Assembly: GCA_030655095.1 (NCBI GenBank)
Contig: JAURWF010000032.1
Coordinates: forward strand, 1 to 48,776
Reading direction: 5' to 3'
Length of the DNA stretch: 48,776 nt
DNA from: a bacterium
GTDB taxonomy: Bacteria; Patescibacteriota; Patescibacteriia; Patescibacteriales; GWC2-42-12
The position numbers and the translations under genes are program-made. The notes beneath the pieces were generated by a model. The model was given only the letters and a program-made list of their open reading frames with translations, was not told where the DNA came from and did not search any database. Shown here one piece after another: positions 24,874 to 34,317 of this stretch. How positions within the stretch are numbered: the stretch's first letter is position 1; each line of letters opens with the position of its first letter.

Positions 24874-26766
24874 TTATAGACTATCTTCTTCTTGTGATGC
24901 TGCAAATTCTTTTTTAGCTTCTTCAATTTCCAATAATTGTCGCGGATCAGAAGTTATTAATTGATCTTCAGTGTAAGAAGCTACTACTTTTATAGCTACG
25001 TGCTTATTTCCTGCAAAAAAGATTCCTTCACCAACTCCACATTCTAATAATAAATATTTTTCACCCTCAGTAAGAACAAAAGTTTTTTGAATTAAATCAA
25101 TAGAAGCTGGAGACTGTTTAAGCAAAAGCTGTAATGCCGAATTGGTAACAATTGCCTGTCCATAAGGTGAAACTAAAAAATCATTGACATCCTGAGTAAT
25201 AGTAGTAACACCTAAATAATATTTACGGCAACGTTTAACTAACGCATAAACAAACTTCGCGCTATCTTCATGTTGCATCAACCACCATGCCTCGTCAATC
25301 ACTAAAACTCTTTTTTTCAATTCGCTTCTTACGACATTCCAGATATAATTAATAATTACATAAATAGCAATCGGTCGCAACTCATCTTCTAAGTCTCTAA
25401 CAGAAAAACAAATTAATTGATTGTCCATTTTAACATTAGTCGGGCTATTAAACAAACCGGCAAAAGTTCCTTGTGTGTATTTTCTAAGACGCATAGCCAA
25501 ACTTGCTCCGCCTTCCATGCCTTCTAAAATATCTTGAAAATCCTGCATAATCGGCGCTTCTATTTTAGTCAAATCACAATCAGCAGTAATATCTTTTTTA
25601 GCATAAGTTTCCAATAATGCCCGATCAACAATAGAATCTTCTTCGTGCGACAAATTTCCCAACATTAATCTTATTAATCCTTTAACAGTAATAACGCCAC
25701 TTCTAATAATATCTTCTGCCTTAGACTCGCCACTTACTGACCTAGGCAAATCAAAGGGATTAATTTTATTATCGCTAGCCAAAGAAATATTAATGTAAGT
25801 TCCGCCAACGGCCTCAGATAAATGTTTGTATTCATTTTCAGGATCAATAATAATTACATCAGTCCCCATCATCAAACTACGCAAAACTTCTAATTTAATA
25901 GTATAACTTTTTCCAGCCCCAGAAGTAGCAAAAACTACGCTATTAGCATTTTGCAAACTAAAACGGTCGAACAAAATCAAACTATTATTATGACGATTAA
26001 TACCATAAAGTATCCCATTGTCAGAAGTAAGCTCACTTGAAATAAAAGGAAAAGAAGACGCAACTGGCGAAGAGTTCATATTAAAAGCTATAAATAATTC
26101 ATCATTTCCTAATGGCAATGTTGAATTAAATCCTTGTTCTGCTTGCCAATAAACTCTTTTAGAATAAACCAATCGGGAACCAAAAATATTTTCAACATCA
26201 TTAGATAATTTATCAAGCTCTTCAATTTTATCAGCATAAAGAGTGATGTATAAAGCGAATTGAAAAAATTTTTCTGTCCCCTGTGTTAAAGCATCACGCA
26301 AAGCTTCAATATCTCGTAAAGCTGTTTCTCTCAATGGATCACGCGCAGCGCCTTTTTCTGCATCAGAAATTATTTGCGCCTCTAAATTACCAACTTTATT
26401 TTTAAGTTGCTTTAAAACTACTGTGCTATTCACTGGATAAAAAAACATCCCAATATCAAAAGTTGAATTTAAATTAATAATCGGCGCAAACCAACCAATA
26501 CTAATAAAACGTGGGTAACTTACAACAAAAATCGTTCTAACATATTTTCCTCCCAATCTTAAATAATTAGGATTAACTTGAAAACTTGCTGGAGCAATTA
26601 AGTCCTTAATAGAAATGGCTCCTTGACGATAAGTCTTTTCAGCCTCTACCATCTCCATTGTTAATTCAGGAATCTGCGCTATCTTTTTTGCTTGTTGCGC
26701 TTTAGATGTTGCCTGAACACGCGAACTTTGCTTTTCAGATTTTTTAATTTGTTCTAATTTAAACAT
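24874..26766 (-). CDS. VirB4/TrbE/ConE-like T4SS ATPase
   Basis: 630 aa. N-domain GGKYVRTIFVVSYPRFISIGW. Walker A VVFATSGAGKS. Walker B RVLVIDEAWWLM. TTITQDVNDF. Confidence 0.88.
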   Translation of the reverse strand: MFKLEQIKKSEKQSSRVQATSKAQQAKKIAQIPELTMEMVEAEKTYRQGAISIKDLIAPASFQVNPNYLRLGGKYVRTIFVVSYPRFISIGWFAPIINLNSTFDIGMFFYPVNSTVVLKQLKNKVGNLEAQIISDAEKGAARDPLRETALRDIEALRDALTQGTEKFFQFALYITLYADKIEELDKLSNDVENIFGSRLVYSKRVYWQAEQGFNSTLPLGNDELFIAFNMNSSPVASSFPFISSELTSDNGILYGINRHNNSLILFDRFSLQNANSVVFATSGAGKSYTIKLEVLRSLMMGTDVIIIDPENEYKHLSEAVGGTYINISLASDNKINPFDLPRSVSGESKAEDIIRSGVITVKGLIRLMLGNLSHEEDSIVDRALLETYAKKDITADCDLTKIEAPIMQDFQDILEGMEGGASLAMRLRKYTQGTFAGLFNSPTNVKMDNQLICFSVRDLEDELRPIAIYVIINYIWNVVRSELKKRVLVIDEAWWLMQHEDSAKFVYALVKRCRKYYLGVTTITQDVNDFLVSPYGQAIVTNSALQLLLKQSPASIDLIQKTFVLTEGEKYLLLECGVGEGIFFAGNKHVAIKVVASYTEDQLITSDPRQLLEIEEAKKEFAASQEEDSL

Positions 26767-26770
26767 AGTA

Positions 26771-26841
26771 ATAGGTGTTAGGTTTTAGGTGTTAGGTTTT
26801 AGGTTTTAGGAAATTTTCTAACAGCTAAAACCTAACACCTG
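26771..26841. repeat. Word-repeat palindrome (aggtgttaggtttt units) between the 224-aa gene and virB4-like gene
   Basis: taggtgttaggttttaggtgttaggttttaggttttaggaaattttctaacagctaaaacctaacacctg. Confidence 0.8.
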
Positions 26842-27516
26842 CTATTCTATCTTTAGCTGGCTAACATCAACTAATTTTTGGTTAGCTGATGTTTCGGGAT
26901 TGTAAGTATTATAAAATAATTCAATTAAACTTTGAGTATCTAAAACTGCTGAATTAATACCAAGCGAAGCTAATCCACCGATTGTATTATCAGTTCGTCT
27001 AGTTAATTCAACGCGCCTTTGCAAAAATTTTTCCTCTTTCATTTTTATTAAAGAGACTGGTTTAAATAATTCAAGTAATTTAGAAAAAAAACCTTTTTGT
27101 TTATCTGACATTGGACTATATGGCACTATCGCATAAAACTTCTTGTTCATTATTTTGCCTAAAGAAATTAATTCATTAATATATTGAATATATTCAGTTG
27201 TCTGCATTTTTAATAACTCATTAGTTTGCTCTTTCTCTTTCTGTCTTAAAGTACCAATATAATTATCAATATTCAACTCGCGTGACTGAATAACAATTTG
27301 CAAAGAAAAATCCAAATTATTCAAAAAACTTACATAAGACATAATAATAGCATCTTGCTCATCTTCACTTTTTAAAGCAAAATTAATACTAGACACCATA
27401 ATAACAGCACGCAATGTCCCATCACGCATAATAATTGTATCATCTCTAATCTCAGCAATATCAAGACATTGCTGAGTTGAACTAGTTATTTTATTTGCAT
27501 TTAGTTTATTAGGCAT
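26842..27516 (-). CDS. Hypothetical protein resembling a VirB4 N-terminal domain without the ATPase
   Basis: 224 aa. LDIAEIRDDTIIMRDGTLRAVIMVSSINFALKSEDEQDAIIMSYVSFLNNLDFSLQIVIQS. No P-loop. Confidence 0.6.
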   Translation of the reverse strand: MPNKLNANKITSSTQQCLDIAEIRDDTIIMRDGTLRAVIMVSSINFALKSEDEQDAIIMSYVSFLNNLDFSLQIVIQSRELNIDNYIGTLRQKEKEQTNELLKMQTTEYIQYINELISLGKIMNKKFYAIVPYSPMSDKQKGFFSKLLELFKPVSLIKMKEEKFLQRRVELTRRTDNTIGGLASLGINSAVLDTQSLIELFYNTYNPETSANQKLVDVSQLKIE

Positions 27517-27537
27517 TTTTTAATTTTAATTTTAATT

Positions 27538-27975
27538 TTAATTTTTAACTTTTTCTTCTCCTTTATACGCGCCTTTAGTATCAACAATTAAAGATAATTC
27601 TGCTAAACGAGAAGCATTATAACGCCTAGCCGAAGGAATAACCTGTTCTATCTGCTTCTTATCTTCTACTTCATATTCTGCCTCAATTTTACCAATAGTA
27701 TGATTCCAAACGCGTACTCCTGGCCGCTTTAATGTTTGAGTTATATTTAAAATAAAAAAATGAAGTGGCCTACCATTAACTTTGATAAAAGAAAAAGCGA
27801 CTGCAATTATAAGAACTGAAATACTAGCAACTATAAATAAAGTAAAATCAAATATTTTATAAAAAACCGCAATTAACATAGCCCCGGCCAACAAAATAAC
27901 AAATTGTCTAGTTGTTATTGGTCCGATAATCTTGTCTTCAACGTCAATAAATTGTGGAATAGTAAATTGTTGCAT
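27538..27975 (-). CDS. PrgI-family (VirB3-like) two-TM T4SS protein
   Basis: 145 aa. MQQFTIPQFIDVEDKIIGPITTRQFVILLAG followed by a TM hairpin. Located just upstream of the 224-aa and virB4-like genes. Confidence 0.7.
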   Translation of the reverse strand: MQQFTIPQFIDVEDKIIGPITTRQFVILLAGAMLIAVFYKIFDFTLFIVASISVLIIAVAFSFIKVNGRPLHFFILNITQTLKRPGVRVWNHTIGKIEAEYEVEDKKQIEQVIPSARRYNASRLAELSLIVDTKGAYKGEEKVKN

Positions 27976-27982
27976 ACATTAA

Positions 27983-28068
27983 GTTAGGTTGTAGCTTTTT
28001 AGGTTGTAGCTTTTTAGGAAATTTCCTAAAAAGCTACAACCTAAAAAACTAAGAAGCTAAGAAGCTAG
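27983..28068. repeat. Word-repeat palindrome (ttaggttgtagcttt units)
   Basis: ttaggttgtagctttttaggttgtagctttttaggaaatttcctaaaaagctacaacctaaaaaactaagaagctaagaagctagct. Confidence 0.8.
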
Positions 28069-29532
28069 CTAAAATCGCAAACTTTTATTTAGGTCCATAA
28101 TAGCTTCAAACTCAGAAATCGTTAAATAATCTTCTTTTTTCTTTTTTCTTTCCTCTATTATAACATTAATTGATTTGTTAGCGCTAATGCCAGATTGCCC
28201 CATATTTAGATATAATTTATTTACAAAACTGGAACGCCAAGCTTTAATCCCTTCTAAACGTTTAGTGTATTTTTCTTCTTCTAATAAATTAATTTTCTCT
28301 TTAATTTTTTCAACAGCTTTTCCTGCGTCTGCGCCTAAACGTCGAAAATTCACAAGATCAAGATATTTTAATTCATCAATCGGACTCATTATCCGAGGCA
28401 CAAATTTAATATCCTCTATTTTAATTTTATTAGCTGACTCTGTCTGAGGCCTAATAATTGAATACTGTGATAAATTAATATTTTTTTGAGAAATCTCTTT
28501 TTTTAATTCTTTTACTATTGTGCTTTGATTTAAAACTGGTTGTTGCTGTTGCAATTTTTCAACAGATTTAATAGGCTCAACTGCCTTAGCTACTGGAAGC
28601 GGAGGCAACGGTATTTTTTTAACTAACTCAACTGACTTAACTATTTCAATTTTTGCAGGAACCAACGGAGCAAGTTCATAAGTAGTATCTATTTTTTTAA
28701 ACACCTCTTCTTTTTTTAACTCTTCCTCTGGTATATTCTCATTAACCTTTTTTTGTTTTGCCAAAGCTGTTAAATCATATTCAAAATCACGAACTCCGAT
28801 ATTTTTCAAACTAGCCATAACATCTTTTTTAATTTCCACTGTGTCCATTTTAACCAAAGGTTTTTGCTCTTGTTTTTGATCAGAATTTTTTAAATTACTG
28901 TCAGTAATAGATAAAGCTTGCTCGGCTAAATCATCGTCAAAACTTAAACCGCCAGTTTCAAATGACTTAATCAGCGCTTGTTTAGTTTCAATTCTGCTTC
29001 TAATTCCACGCAAATAAGTTTTTAAAAATTGTTTAAATCTTCCAGCTAAAACATCTGAACTAAAATTAATTTTTGCTTGACTAATTATTTGATTAAGTAA
29101 ATATTCTTCTGGCACAGCTTTGTTTGAATAATTACTAATTTCTTCAGTAAGTTTCGTCACTTCAGCCTCGTCATCAGATGAAAAAAAGAAACTAGCACCT
29201 TTGACTGACGTTTTTTCAACTTCTGATAATGACTTAGAAATTTCTCCATCACCAGCATATTTTACAAAAGGTTGTTCAGCTTTTTCAAATAGTATTTCTG
29301 TTTGCAAAATTTTAACAAGTTTTTGAGCATCAGCTAGCCCCAAAGAAACAGCTAAATTATTTTCTAAATCACTTAAAGTAATTTCTTTAATTATTACTTT
29401 TATAATTAAGACTGCCAATTTTACCCCATATTCTTTTTCTAATTGGGTAATTTTAGATACAACAGCCTGAGAAGAAATTTTTTGCTTCGCTTCTGCGGGC
29501 AATTTATCAAATTTGTCTAGATAATCAAGCAT
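28069..29532 (-). CDS. Hypothetical 487-aa protein (cluster member)
   Basis: Long ORF co-directional with the T4SS-like genes. Lys/Glu-rich, no TM, no recognised motif. Confidence 0.6.
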   Translation of the reverse strand: MLDYLDKFDKLPAEAKQKISSQAVVSKITQLEKEYGVKLAVLIIKVIIKEITLSDLENNLAVSLGLADAQKLVKILQTEILFEKAEQPFVKYAGDGEISKSLSEVEKTSVKGASFFFSSDDEAEVTKLTEEISNYSNKAVPEEYLLNQIISQAKINFSSDVLAGRFKQFLKTYLRGIRSRIETKQALIKSFETGGLSFDDDLAEQALSITDSNLKNSDQKQEQKPLVKMDTVEIKKDVMASLKNIGVRDFEYDLTALAKQKKVNENIPEEELKKEEVFKKIDTTYELAPLVPAKIEIVKSVELVKKIPLPPLPVAKAVEPIKSVEKLQQQQPVLNQSTIVKELKKEISQKNINLSQYSIIRPQTESANKIKIEDIKFVPRIMSPIDELKYLDLVNFRRLGADAGKAVEKIKEKINLLEEEKYTKRLEGIKAWRSSFVNKLYLNMGQSGISANKSINVIIEERKKKKEDYLTISEFEAIMDLNKSLRF

Positions 29533-29544
29533 AAAAAAATTTTA

Positions 29545-29580
29545 TCATTACGAGCTTTGTAATCAAAGCGCGGCAATCTC
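29545..29580. repeat. Half-copy of the family 3 palindromic element
   Basis: tcattacgagctttgtaatcaaagcgcggcaatctc. Only one arm is present. Confidence 0.5.
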
Positions 29581-29689
29581 TTTTTACATATTAGCAAAAA
29601 AATTTTGACAACTCCATAAAATATGTCAAATTTATGGAATGTAAATCCCTAAATTATTGATAATTTAAAGATTAACAATTCTAATAATT

Positions 29690-30067
29690 TTAGCTCTTGG
29701 TCGCCAACTCTGGATTTTCAATTTCAAGTATTCTCTCGTAACCAACTTTAGCCAACCAGCGCTTAAACGGCTCTGCTTTAGGCGATGGAATAGATTGAAT
29801 AAGACGAAACAAGCCTTCGGTATCAGCGCAGTCGGTTTCATAATATTTGCCATCATTAGCTATTAATTTCAGTTGTCTACAGATTGTAGACAACTCAACC
29901 CCATCCTCACTTTTGATTCTCGTTTTCATGGCATTCCAATAAACACGTGGCTTCACGCTATCAGTCAACGCCTCAACTACATCCACAACCGAGAACCACC
30001 ATTCTTTATTAAAAATAGTTTTTCTAATCTTCCTGTTTTTAAATATAGCGATGTGATTGTCTTGCAT
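29690..30067 (-). pseudogene. Bro-N domain protein, apparently C-terminally truncated
   Basis: 125 aa. WWFSVVDVVEALTDS...CRQLKLIANDGKYYETDCADTEGLFRLIQSIPSPKAEPFKRWLAKVGYERILEIENPELA. From memory, homologues continue ~130 aa past the ...PELA point. Confidence 0.6.
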
Positions 30068-30133
30068 GTTAATATTTTTTAATTTTAATTTGTACTTTGT
30101 CGTTTAATCTTTTTCTTCTTATCTCAATTTTTT

Positions 30134-31054
30134 TTAACTTCTTACTTTTTCCATTTCTTCCTCAATAGCTTTTCTTTCTAAACTATCAACTGGATATTGT
30201 TCTGCCATTTTAATTAAATTATCTTTTTCACTTATTTCTGTTTTAGCTTCTATTGCTTTAATTTCTTCTGTTTTTACTATTTTCTCTTCAATCTCATCTA
30301 TCGGAATTATTTCCCAACCTTCGCCAGTGTCTGTTGGCATACTTTCTGGGAAAAATTTTATATTACGATATAATAATAATAATTTTCTTAACAATTCTCT
30401 TTCTTTACTTTCTAATTTTTTAGCATTTTCTGAATTAATTAAATATTCTGCTAAAACCAAATTATCAAAAATCCCGCTCCCATTTTTCTTAATAAAATCT
30501 TTTAACCAATTTCCAATATTTGGAGAATGAGGCTTACCATCCAAAATAAATTCCTTATGAGTTAATTTTTCTTGATTAACATAAAGTGCATTCTCAAGTT
30601 CTTTTTTAAAATTTAAATCATTAGCTAAGATATAAAAAAGCTTTGCATTAACAGCTTCAGCAATAACAAAATGATTATTTAGTTCATTAACCAACCCTTG
30701 TTTAAATATTTCTTCAGCTACACTTTTCTCTTCCAAAAATGAGAGTTGTTTATTTTGATCTAAATTCAAAAAATTTAATCTCCTAATAATTGGATTAAAA
30801 ATAAACTCATCTAAATCTTTTCCAATTTTTTCAGCAACTTCTCTATCTAGCTCAAACTCTCTTTGTAAATATTTAATAATTTCCTCGCCTTTTAATTCAT
30901 CAACGGCAACAAAAATAATAAGCGAACTTAAATCGATTTTATACTTTTCCTCTATTTTTTTCACTTTTACCATAAATACGCCACTACCAAATTCTAGTTG
31001 GACTATTGGAGGAAAATTATTAAATTTTTCTAAAGCCTCTTCAATATAAATCAT
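30134..31054 (-). CDS. Hypothetical 306-aa protein (cluster member)
   Basis: ORF 9 nt downstream of the VirB6-like gene. No recognised motif. Confidence 0.6.
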   Translation of the reverse strand: MIYIEEALEKFNNFPPIVQLEFGSGVFMVKVKKIEEKYKIDLSSLIIFVAVDELKGEEIIKYLQREFELDREVAEKIGKDLDEFIFNPIIRRLNFLNLDQNKQLSFLEEKSVAEEIFKQGLVNELNNHFVIAEAVNAKLFYILANDLNFKKELENALYVNQEKLTHKEFILDGKPHSPNIGNWLKDFIKKNGSGIFDNLVLAEYLINSENAKKLESKERELLRKLLLLYRNIKFFPESMPTDTGEGWEIIPIDEIEEKIVKTEEIKAIEAKTEISEKDNLIKMAEQYPVDSLERKAIEEEMEKVRS

Positions 31055-31063
31055 ATTTTTTAT

Positions 31064-33436
31064 TTATGTTCTACTAACAACATCATACTCATCAACTCTT
31101 TTATTTTCTTTTAATCTGCCCTTTTCCATCATCTCCGTATTAATTCTATTAAGCGCGTCTATTAAATCCTTATCAACAGATTTACCACCTTTTATTTGCG
31201 CCTGTACTCCTTGCTTTAAATTTATAACCCCTAATTTCTCATTATTAGATAAATTTTTAAATTCTAATGTTTTCAAAACCTTTATCATGTTTCTCATTGA
31301 AGCTTTTGATTTTACTGTCCCATCAGCTAATAAATCAAATAATTTATTTTGACCAGAAGTAGGACCATTTTGTGAATAAAAAGCATTTTTAAAATCACCA
31401 AAATCTAAACCCTCATTAGTAAGACTTTCTCTGCGTTCTTTATTCGCTTTATTTTCTACTGTTCCTTTCTCTATGGCTTTTATTGTAAGCTCGTTTGGTC
31501 CAAGCATTTCTTTTGACATATCCACCATTCCTTTTTGAAAAGAATTTCTTCTTTCTTTTTTTGTTTCTAAGTCGTCATTAGCTGTTTTTACTCTATTATT
31601 AGCTGCGTCCAAACCACGACTAGTAGCATGTCTTTTATAAATAGCATCCTTTTTCTCTTCAAAAAATTCTTCTGCATTTTTCTGTTTATTGTCTTGTTCA
31701 ACGTTAATTGTTTTTACATCAGCTTCGTGACGTTTTCTTTCTACAACAGTGCTAGCAATTCCTAGCTGTGGAAGATTCCCAATTTCTAATTCTCTTCTAA
31801 TTTTAATTTGCTCTAACATATTACTCTTTTGTCTCTCAACTCTTCCTATTTCAGGCTCAGCATCTGTATTTACTTGTTCTTTTGTCTTTTCCCTATCCTC
31901 TTCTGCTGATTTCTTTTCTTTTTCAGCATCTATCACGTCTTTTCCTTTTCCCGCTCTTTCTAAAGCATCGGCTGTAAAACCTTTTTTAGTCTTTATTGCT
32001 TTTGCTATACCGGCCACAACCATGCCAATTGCAAGAGGTGAGCCTCCTCCAAGTGCTCCTGCAGTCACTAGTGTTGCTCCTCTCTTTAGTCCTTTTATAT
32101 TTTTATCTTCAGCTAACTCTTTTAATTTTTCCTGTCCTTCACCTTCTCCTGATCCTAGTCCCATTTTTTCTAATGTTTTTCTTCTTCTGGCTACTTGCTC
32201 ATCTCTTACGCCCCCATGCAAATCTACCCCCCATTGATTAGCAAAGCTACCAGCTTTTTTTATAGACTCAGCGCCACTACCAAGAAATTTGCCAGCGAAT
32301 TTACTGCCACCAAAAGCACCAACTGCTGTGCCCGCTCCTCTCAATGCTAAACTTGCGCCTATTTTTCCTCTTTCAACTAATGCCTCTTTTCCTTTTTTTG
32401 CAACCCACCCTTGTCCTTTCTGAATTGCTGCCATTCCTTTTCCTGCGACTTTGCCTGCTGCTCCGCCGACCTGTTGAGCAATCATTAATCCACCGATTAA
32501 CATACCAATAGAAATAATAAATTTAATCAAATTATCAGTACTCCCTGCCTCTGTTATTCCTGTAGCTAAAGTTACATTACTACCTTTATTAATATTTGCC
32601 ATCAATCCTGCTGTAGATGAAGCAGAAACAAATGACAACCAAATAAAAAAAGCTAAAACTGGACCAACAATTACATTGCTGGTAAAATCTTTCCACCACT
32701 GTTGTGAATATGATTGACCAGCTGGAAAAGCTGCTAATAAATAAGCTAATGGAGATAAAACAATATAAATCCATAACATCACCATTCTCATCACTAACAC
32801 GGCCAGCATAGTCGCAATTACTACTGAAGAAATAAGCACATAAATCAACGCCAATATATAAGAGCCAAGAACAGTAAGAGTATTAACATCCTTTGCATCT
32901 GCGCTAATATTATATATATCCTTAAGCCCCAACATATCTGCCAAATTTCCCCTACCTACTTCTTTAAAACCATTAACAAAAGTAAGCATTATTACTTGCG
33001 CGCAATCTATAATTAACCCACAAATTGTCTTAGAAAAATTTATTAAAATAGCCATTAATAAAAGTTTCGGTAATAACTTTTTAACACTGTAATTCTCCTG
33101 CCTTAATATCGTTGCAAAAGCAATAATTAACAAAATTAAAATAAAAAACATATTGCACAGATCCCTAACAATTTTCCAACCGTTAGAAACCGCTGATGAA
33201 TCTATAAATCCATTATAACTACAAACAAGAATTAGAATATTAATTAAAGCAATCAATATAAGACCAATACCATTAATGATAACTGCGATTAAAGAACCTA
33301 AAATTTTAGCTATTCCAACTCCTATATCGTCGGGGCCAGCAAAAACATAATGTCCAATAAAAAAAGTTCCTGATACTATTAATAATAATATCAATCCAAG
33401 AAAAAAATATTTTTTACTAAAAAAATTAATTTTCAT
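31064..33436 (-). CDS. Polytopic VirB6/TrbL-like membrane protein with Gly-rich segment and long charged coiled-coil C-terminus
   Basis: 790 aa. Signal/TM, then ~7-8 TM helices (GWKIVRDLCNMFFILILLIIAFATIL...LINFSKTICGLIIDCAQVIMLTF). The C-terminal ~400 aa is Lys/Glu-rich. Confidence 0.65.
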   Translation of the reverse strand: MKINFFSKKYFFLGLILLLIVSGTFFIGHYVFAGPDDIGVGIAKILGSLIAVIINGIGLILIALINILILVCSYNGFIDSSAVSNGWKIVRDLCNMFFILILLIIAFATILRQENYSVKKLLPKLLLMAILINFSKTICGLIIDCAQVIMLTFVNGFKEVGRGNLADMLGLKDIYNISADAKDVNTLTVLGSYILALIYVLISSVVIATMLAVLVMRMVMLWIYIVLSPLAYLLAAFPAGQSYSQQWWKDFTSNVIVGPVLAFFIWLSFVSASSTAGLMANINKGSNVTLATGITEAGSTDNLIKFIISIGMLIGGLMIAQQVGGAAGKVAGKGMAAIQKGQGWVAKKGKEALVERGKIGASLALRGAGTAVGAFGGSKFAGKFLGSGAESIKKAGSFANQWGVDLHGGVRDEQVARRRKTLEKMGLGSGEGEGQEKLKELAEDKNIKGLKRGATLVTAGALGGGSPLAIGMVVAGIAKAIKTKKGFTADALERAGKGKDVIDAEKEKKSAEEDREKTKEQVNTDAEPEIGRVERQKSNMLEQIKIRRELEIGNLPQLGIASTVVERKRHEADVKTINVEQDNKQKNAEEFFEEKKDAIYKRHATSRGLDAANNRVKTANDDLETKKERRNSFQKGMVDMSKEMLGPNELTIKAIEKGTVENKANKERRESLTNEGLDFGDFKNAFYSQNGPTSGQNKLFDLLADGTVKSKASMRNMIKVLKTLEFKNLSNNEKLGVINLKQGVQAQIKGGKSVDKDLIDALNRINTEMMEKGRLKENKRVDEYDVVSRT

Positions 33437-33441
33437 TTAAC

Positions 33442-33470
33442 ATATCTTTTAATCATACCTAAAACTTTTT
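33442..33470. repeat. 29-bp direct repeat, copy A (5' end and upstream region of the DUF4143 ATPase gene)
   Basis: atatcttttaatcatacctaaaacttttt. Identical to 35509-35537 and 35549-35577. Confidence 0.9.
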
Positions 33471-33510
33471 TTTACTATCCAATTTAGTAACTGCTCACAA
33501 TCCTAAAAAT

Positions 33511-33605
33511 CTGTTATTGCGAGCCCGAAACTTTGGTAAAAATTCACGAACGTATTTTCTGACCAGCGATTGCTTCGTCGCTGATTACAGCTCCTCGCAA
33601 TGACA
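33511..33605. repeat. Palindromic element, family 3
   Basis: ctgttattgcgagcccgaaac ... gattgcttcgtcgctgattacagctcctcgcaatgacatgg. Confidence 0.75.
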
Positions 33606-33650
33606 TGGCACTGTCGCCGAATACTCTTTTTAATATAAAAAATTCCAAAT

Positions 33651-34211
33651 TTATTTACCTACGACTCTGCCCCAAAGCATCTTTAAAACCTCTCCTATAT
33701 AACTCAATGGATTTTGAATTATATTGCAGATTAAAAGAAATAATGCCAATATTCCCAAAATAACTACCCCAACCACCAAATCTAATAACGCTAAACCAAT
33801 TTTATCTCCTAATCTAAATTTAATTTTTTCTACTACTCCAAATAAATCTATTCCTGTTATTTTTAAAAAAGCAAGAATATTTAATCCTAGAAAACCAGGA
33901 ATAGAGCCAACCCATGACGCTGTTAATTCCCATAAAGAATTTAACACTTGAGTAGATGCTCTTTTAGACAATTCGTCTGTTGCTGATTCTCCTGTTTTTA
34001 AACTTTCTTTTTTTAATCCTGCTTCTTTTTTCTTTCTCGCTTCCATTACTTGCTCCCGCAGAGTACTGCTTTCAGTATTATTTTCTTCATTATTTGTATC
34101 ATCATCTTCATTATTTTCTTCTCTTTTTTTTGTTGCTAATTCTCTTGCAACACTATTTTGCTGTTCTGGATTTAAAGTATTATTCATTAATCTACTATCT
34201 TTATTTTCCAT
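33651..34211 (-). CDS. Small membrane protein with acidic disordered N-terminus and 2-3 C-terminal TM helices
   Basis: 186 aa. EENNEDDDTNNEENNTESS, then WVGSIPGFLGLNILAFL and LALLDLVVGVVILGILALFLLICNII. Confidence 0.55.
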   Translation of the reverse strand: MENKDSRLMNNTLNPEQQNSVARELATKKREENNEDDDTNNEENNTESSTLREQVMEARKKKEAGLKKESLKTGESATDELSKRASTQVLNSLWELTASWVGSIPGFLGLNILAFLKITGIDLFGVVEKIKFRLGDKIGLALLDLVVGVVILGILALFLLICNIIQNPLSYIGEVLKMLWGRVVGK

Positions 34212-34254
34212 AAATTTTTATTATCCATTCTCTTTATTTATCTTACCATAATTA

Positions 34255-34310
34255 TCTGAACCACTGAAAGTTTCTGAGGGGCTCTGAAAATACTGTCAGT
34301 GATTCATACA
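34255..34310 (-). repeat. Family 1 repeat (inverse copy plus degenerate forward half)
   Basis: tctgaaccactgaaagtttctgaggggctctgaaaatactg, then tcagtgattcataca. Confidence 0.85.
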
Positions 34311-34317
34311 ATTTCAA

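Noticed and set aside
31749-32241. Antisense ORFs (162 and 81 aa) inside the VirB6-like gene. Comparable antisense ORFs: 856..1047, 3553..3738, 4447..4698, 6769..7245, 8161..8555, 10760..11071, 15930..16134, 16577..16759, 17861..18142, 19726..20271, 28175..28447, 29665..29856, 29873..30082, 30327..30530, 32589..32774, 33724..34213, 36749..39695, 44312..44551, 45562..45989
   Set aside because: Each lies opposite or out of frame within a longer ORF that has recognisable motifs or a consistent operon context. Their sequences are low-complexity (Ser/Leu/Phe/Pro-rich), as expected from antisense AT-rich or GAA-rich coding DNA.
23494-34211. Conjugative element / ICE
   Set aside because: No relaxase, coupling protein, integrase or recognisable oriT is present. 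The flanks are tRNAs and repeats, but I saw no att-like direct repeat of a tRNA 3' end.
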